Shown: positions 54,825 through 58,168 of the stretch, in pieces
Numbering within the stretch: the stretch's first letter is position 1
How the letters are laid out: every line of letters starts with the position of its first letter
Virus record (IMG/VR): IMGVR_UViG_3300010354_000103
Span: 1-58,168 of that record
DNA from: a virus
Taxonomy: Duplodnaviria; Caudoviricetes
Direction: 5' to 3' (one strand)
DNA: 58,168 bases
Program-made: the position numbers and the translations under genes
The notes under the pieces: generated by a model
What the model was told of the DNA's origin: nothing
Databases searched by the model: none
Seen by the model: the letters and a program-made list of their open reading frames with translations, nothing else

Positions 54825-55730
54825 TCAATCTTCTTCAGCAAGACGAGCAAAGTAACTCAAAGCATCGTCATCATCATCTACACTAGTGGATACTTTAGGA
54901 AGAGAAGGTTCACGACGTACAGGAGCAGCAAAGTCCTCATCTTCTTCATCATCCATTCGGTTGACTACAGTAGCAGCACGGGCAGCAGCAGGAGTCTGAG
55001 TAATACCCAGCACCAGATTCAGACGCTGTTCAAGTTCTTCATACGTTTTGAATTGATCGGGAGAAGTGAAAGCTTCAAGACTATATTCTTGATTGTAGAT
55101 TTCCTCAAGAACATCATCATCAACAGACAGAGCAGTAGGTGAATCAAATTCAGAACTGTCATAGTTCCAATAACCAGCAACAGTTTTGATCTTCAGTTTG
55201 AAATTAGCACCTTCCCAGAGATCAAATACATTCACAGGAGTTTCATCTTGGAACTCAGGTTGCATCGCTGCTTGAATCTTGTCAAAGATCTTCTTGCCAT
55301 ACTTGTAAAGGAATACTTTACCGTTGTTGGCAGGATTCTTAGGATCCTTCACAACATAGATGTTGCTGTAGTAAGCAAGTTTACGCTTCTGCTTACGAGC
55401 AGTTTCTTTATCTTCATCACTACCACTGTTCCACAGTTTACGATTGACTTCACCAACAGGATCTTTACCACCAGTAGTAGTAAGGGAGTTTTCAATATAC
55501 CAACCACCAGGACCTTGGAAGGCATGAGAATACAGTTTTGCCCAGGGAATGCTCTCACCTTTAGGGGCAGGAAGGAAGCGGATAACAGCGTAACCATTAC
55601 CAGAAGGATCAAGTTCTGGTTTCCAGAAACGTTCATCAGCACCACCACCAGTGGATACGGTCTTCTCAAGTTCCTTCTGGAGGAATTCAAAACTGTTCTG
55701 GGACTTACGCTTAAGATCTGCAAAAGACAT
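54825..55730 (-). CDS. gp32: single-stranded DNA-binding protein gp32
   Basis: DERFWKP...GNGYAVIRFLP...WYIENSLTT...YGKKIFDKI...NYDSSEF; acidic tail. Confidence 0.95.
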   Translation of the reverse strand: MSFADLKRKSQNSFEFLQKELEKTVSTGGGADERFWKPELDPSGNGYAVIRFLPAPKGESIPWAKLYSHAFQGPGGWYIENSLTTTGGKDPVGEVNRKLWNSGSDEDKETARKQKRKLAYYSNIYVVKDPKNPANNGKVFLYKYGKKIFDKIQAAMQPEFQDETPVNVFDLWEGANFKLKIKTVAGYWNYDSSEFDSPTALSVDDDVLEEIYNQEYSLEAFTSPDQFKTYEELEQRLNLVLGITQTPAAARAATVVNRMDDEEDEDFAAPVRREPSLPKVSTSVDDDDDALSYFARLAEED

Positions 55731-55785
55731 AGGATTACCTCGGATTAAATAGGATTTGGTTTGTGTGACGCCTGATCACCTAGTC

Positions 55786-55814
55786 ATCATACCACGGGCA
55801 GGGGGCGGCGTCAA
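55786..55814 (-). promoter_or_regulatory. gp32 early promoter TTGACG-N17-TATGAT with stem-loop around the -35 box
   Basis: ggcagaggg-TTGACGccg-ccccctgcc-cgtggTATGAT. Confidence 0.75.
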
Positions 55815-56149
55815 CCCTCTGCCTCTAGTTTTTGTTTCATGTTGTGGACTTTCTTTAATAGATCATCAAAGACTCCAGTTAAATTTTGATTGGGACTAGC
55901 ACCCAACATTATGGCAGCTTGTCTCATACTATCTGCCATATCAACTGCTTCTGGATCATCGCTTAATGTTAGACGAGCAGTAAAAATCTTTTGTTTTTCA
56001 ATTAGTTCTTCAAGAACATCAAAGTATTCTTGCTTTTTTTCTTTATTTAAAACAGGAAAAGCAGCAGCACATTGGAAACAGTACTGTTGAAGTTCCATTA
56101 TATGTTGAACTTCACCACGTACCATTTCAGATTTAAAAAATTCTGACAT
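55811..56149 (-). CDS. conserved cyanophage protein (DUF1825-like)
   Basis: FFKSEMVRGE...LIEKQKIF.ARL.LSDDPEA. Confidence 0.75.
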   Translation of the reverse strand: MSEFFKSEMVRGEVQHIMELQQYCFQCAAAFPVLNKEKKQEYFDVLEELIEKQKIFTARLTLSDDPEAVDMADSMRQAAIMLGASPNQNLTGVFDDLLKKVHNMKQKLEAEG

Positions 56150-56150
56150 A

Positions 56151-56396
56151 TCAAACCAACATTAATTTTGCTCTAGAAGTTTTCTTCATGTAGTTAAGTT
56201 TTTGGGCATCATACTTAAGTTTATCTTTCAATGGTTTTGAAATTAGTTTAGGTACAGACTCCAATTCAATTTCATTTTTCTCACAATAATGAATAATAGC
56301 ATCAATATAATTCATTGAATAATCGATAGCAATTTTTTCAACATCCTGCGAGAATTTCGCAGTAGTCATAAATTTATCCTCCAATACGTCTATCAT
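56151..56396 (-). CDS. gp33: late transcription coactivator gp33
   Basis: YIDAIIHYCEKNEIELE....LISKPLK.KLK.DA..LN. Confidence 0.88.
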   Translation of the reverse strand: MIDVLEDKFMTTAKFSQDVEKIAIDYSMNYIDAIIHYCEKNEIELESVPKLISKPLKDKLKYDAQKLNYMKKTSRAKLMLV

Positions 56397-57066
56397 TTTT
56401 GTCTTTATATTCCTGGATGTACTCTTGTAGCCTCAAGAAGTATTCTTTTTTAGGTGGTTGTATACTGACTTGACTATCTCCGTCCTCACAAGAAACAATA
56501 GTAACCAGTTTTTTTACTGTGAGACCATAGATTTCTTGTAGCATACAAGCGTATGCACATTCTTGAACGTAGTAATCGTAGAGATGGTTTTCTTCTTTTA
56601 CTTTCGATGAAGTTTTAAAATCGATGATGGAAAGTTCACCATCAAACTCAGCAATACAATCAACCCTTCCAGCAATCCCTAAAGTGTCAGAATATAATGC
56701 TGCTTCCTGAAGATATATGTTATTTATACGATCCAAAATTTTGATCGTAGAATTAAACATAAGAACTGGAAGAGGTTGATCCTTATATCGTTCTAGATTC
56801 AATTCGTTATTGAGATAATCCTCAACAAGTTTGTGGTATCTAGTACCTCTTCCAGAAGCACGAGTAGAAATTTGTTGGGCTTTATCTTTCCCAACTCTAC
56901 GTCTCCATTCAGCAAGAACTTTTTGTTTCCTACTATTATTACTAATCACAGTGGTAACCGATGGATGTTTAAATCCAGTTGGTGTGACATAATAACGTTT
57001 CCCATCGATAGTTACGGTATCCATTTCGATGGGATCAATAATACCAGTGTGATTAAATGTTTTCAT
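56374..57066 (-). CDS. PD-(D/E)XK exonuclease (Cas4/RecB-like phage family)
   Basis: PSVTTV, RGTRYH, AGRVDCIAEFDGELSIIDFKTS, QECAY. Confidence 0.88.
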   Translation of the reverse strand: MKTFNHTGIIDPIEMDTVTIDGKRYYVTPTGFKHPSVTTVISNNSRKQKVLAEWRRRVGKDKAQQISTRASGRGTRYHKLVEDYLNNELNLERYKDQPLPVLMFNSTIKILDRINNIYLQEAALYSDTLGIAGRVDCIAEFDGELSIIDFKTSSKVKEENHLYDYYVQECAYACMLQEIYGLTVKKLVTIVSCEDGDSQVSIQPPKKEYFLRLQEYIQEYKDKNDRRIGG

Positions 57067-57818
57067 TACAAACCGAGATTAATTTTAGCAATAATATAGG
57101 ACTTGATCAAACCAGATCTTACGATATCCTCAACACCAAATTCAACAAGAGAAACTTCTTTCATTTGCTGAAGAATTTTTTGGAAATCAATGATACCAGT
57201 TCTTTCATTTGTTTTTTGTAGGTCAGACTGACTAGCATCACCACAGAACATGATCTTAGTATCTTCACCAACCCTAGTAATAATAGAATCTAGCTCATGG
57301 AAGTTTAGATTCTGACATTCATCCACAATTACAATTGCTTTGTCTAGGGTAGTTCCTCTAAGGAAAGAAGTAGACCAGAAAGAAACTGTTTCTTGATGCT
57401 TGAGATTCTCATAGAGCATATCAAATGAGGCATCATCTGGCATCTCAAACATGTATTTTACCATATTTTTATATGGTATCTGATAGAGAGATGCTTTATC
57501 TTCATGTGTTCCAGGGAGGAATCCAATCTCTCTAGTAGCAACTAGAGAACGAACAACATATACTTTTTCATATGGTGTGTTTTCATCTAACACATCACGA
57601 AGGGCAAGATACAATGCTACAAATGTTTTACCAGTACCAGCAGCACCATAAACAAACAGATGTTGTCCCTTACCATACTCCTCAAACATAACACGTTGGT
57701 TATCAGTAAGAGGTTCAATGTTTAAAAGGTAGTCGGCATTAATAGGCTTCCTCCTTTTCATTTGTTTGATACTCATACCATTGATGTCTGGTTGATTTCT
57801 TTTTCTCGCTCTAGGCAT
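57066..57818 (-). CDS. phoH: PhoH family ATPase
   Basis: GAAGTGKT, IGFLPG, FLRGTT, VDECQN, GD..QSD, DIVRSG. Confidence 0.95.
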   Translation of the reverse strand: MPRARKRNQPDINGMSIKQMKRRKPINADYLLNIEPLTDNQRVMFEEYGKGQHLFVYGAAGTGKTFVALYLALRDVLDENTPYEKVYVVRSLVATREIGFLPGTHEDKASLYQIPYKNMVKYMFEMPDDASFDMLYENLKHQETVSFWSTSFLRGTTLDKAIVIVDECQNLNFHELDSIITRVGEDTKIMFCGDASQSDLQKTNERTGIIDFQKILQQMKEVSLVEFGVEDIVRSGLIKSYIIAKINLGL

Positions 57819-57819
57819 A

Positions 57820-58059
57820 TTACCACTCCACTTGTGATCCAGGTACGTTTTTCATTTTGGTCATGATTTCACTCCACCCAGGATGGGTTTTGTTCATTTT
57901 GTTTCTCCAGTCACCGACTTCACCGAACCCTCCGATTCCAGCTTGCCAGTCTTTATCCCATTCAGGATTATCTTTTCTCCACTGATCGTACTCTGCCATT
58001 GTCATGTAGAGTTCTTGTTTTTCTCCAGTTTCTTTATTAATAACAGGATATGTTGGCAT
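57820..58059 (-). CDS. conserved hypothetical protein (MPTYPV...)
   Basis: TAATG junction with thyX; usual thyX-x-phoH synteny. Confidence 0.75.
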   Translation of the reverse strand: MPTYPVINKETGEKQELYMTMAEYDQWRKDNPEWDKDWQAGIGGFGEVGDWRNKMNKTHPGWSEIMTKMKNVPGSQVEW

Positions 58060-58168
58060 TAGTTCCACTCCAAAGCTTCAGCACAAATTGGGAATTGTTC
58101 GACAAAGATTTGCTTACAAGCGTTAGCAATATCCATGTGTTCTTTTTGAGTACCATGAGCACTCCGTA
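58059..58168 (-). CDS. thyX: flavin-dependent thymidylate synthase, 3' end only
   Basis: [27 protein letters not shown]-terminal pattern; truncated by the window edge. Confidence 0.8.
   Translation of the reverse strand, partial: RSAHGTQKEHMDIANACKQIFVEQFPICAEALEWN

Noticed and set aside
56374-57066. CRISPR-Cas system (Cas4-like nuclease plus Cas9-like HNH at 3975..4964)
   Set aside because: No repeat-spacer array found by eye and no cas1/cas2 or RuvC; this exonuclease is a usual neighbour of phoH and gp33 in such phages
1-58168. Alternative genetic code or stop-codon recoding
   Set aside because: Standard-code ORFs are long and tightly packed, and no suppressor tRNA is present

Overview
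A 58-kb segment of a T4-like cyanomyovirus genome (Kyanoviridae-type by gene content and order; the host is inferred, not shown). Read right to left, the main transcription direction, it holds: the thyX 3' end, phoH, an exonuclease, gp33 and gp32; a convergent gp4-gp2-gp48-gp53 block; gp54-like, gp26/gp51 and two paralogous tape-measure-like proteins with different peptidoglycan hydrolase domains; a gp27-like hub and a split gp5; a cluster of 7 tRNAs with one aberrant tRNA-like element and structured spacers; a 2OG-Fe(II) oxygenase; a 3673-aa virion protein; three tail-collar fibre proteins; a tandem array of five adhesin-like paralogues with constant C-termini and variable N-terminal heads; an SF2 helicase-HNH-adenine methylase cassette; and small hypothetical genes. 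The strongest leads are: (1) five phycobiliprotein-like CxRD repeats in the giant virion protein, three apparently nested inside each other; (2) the modular adhesin array, with a eukaryote-type SUEL lectin head, a Cys-rich head and paired small partner genes; (3) a canonical -1 slippery heptamer that would fuse gp26 to gp51; (4) the helicase / Cas9-like HNH / methylase cassette. All assignments come from reading motifs by eye; no searches were run.
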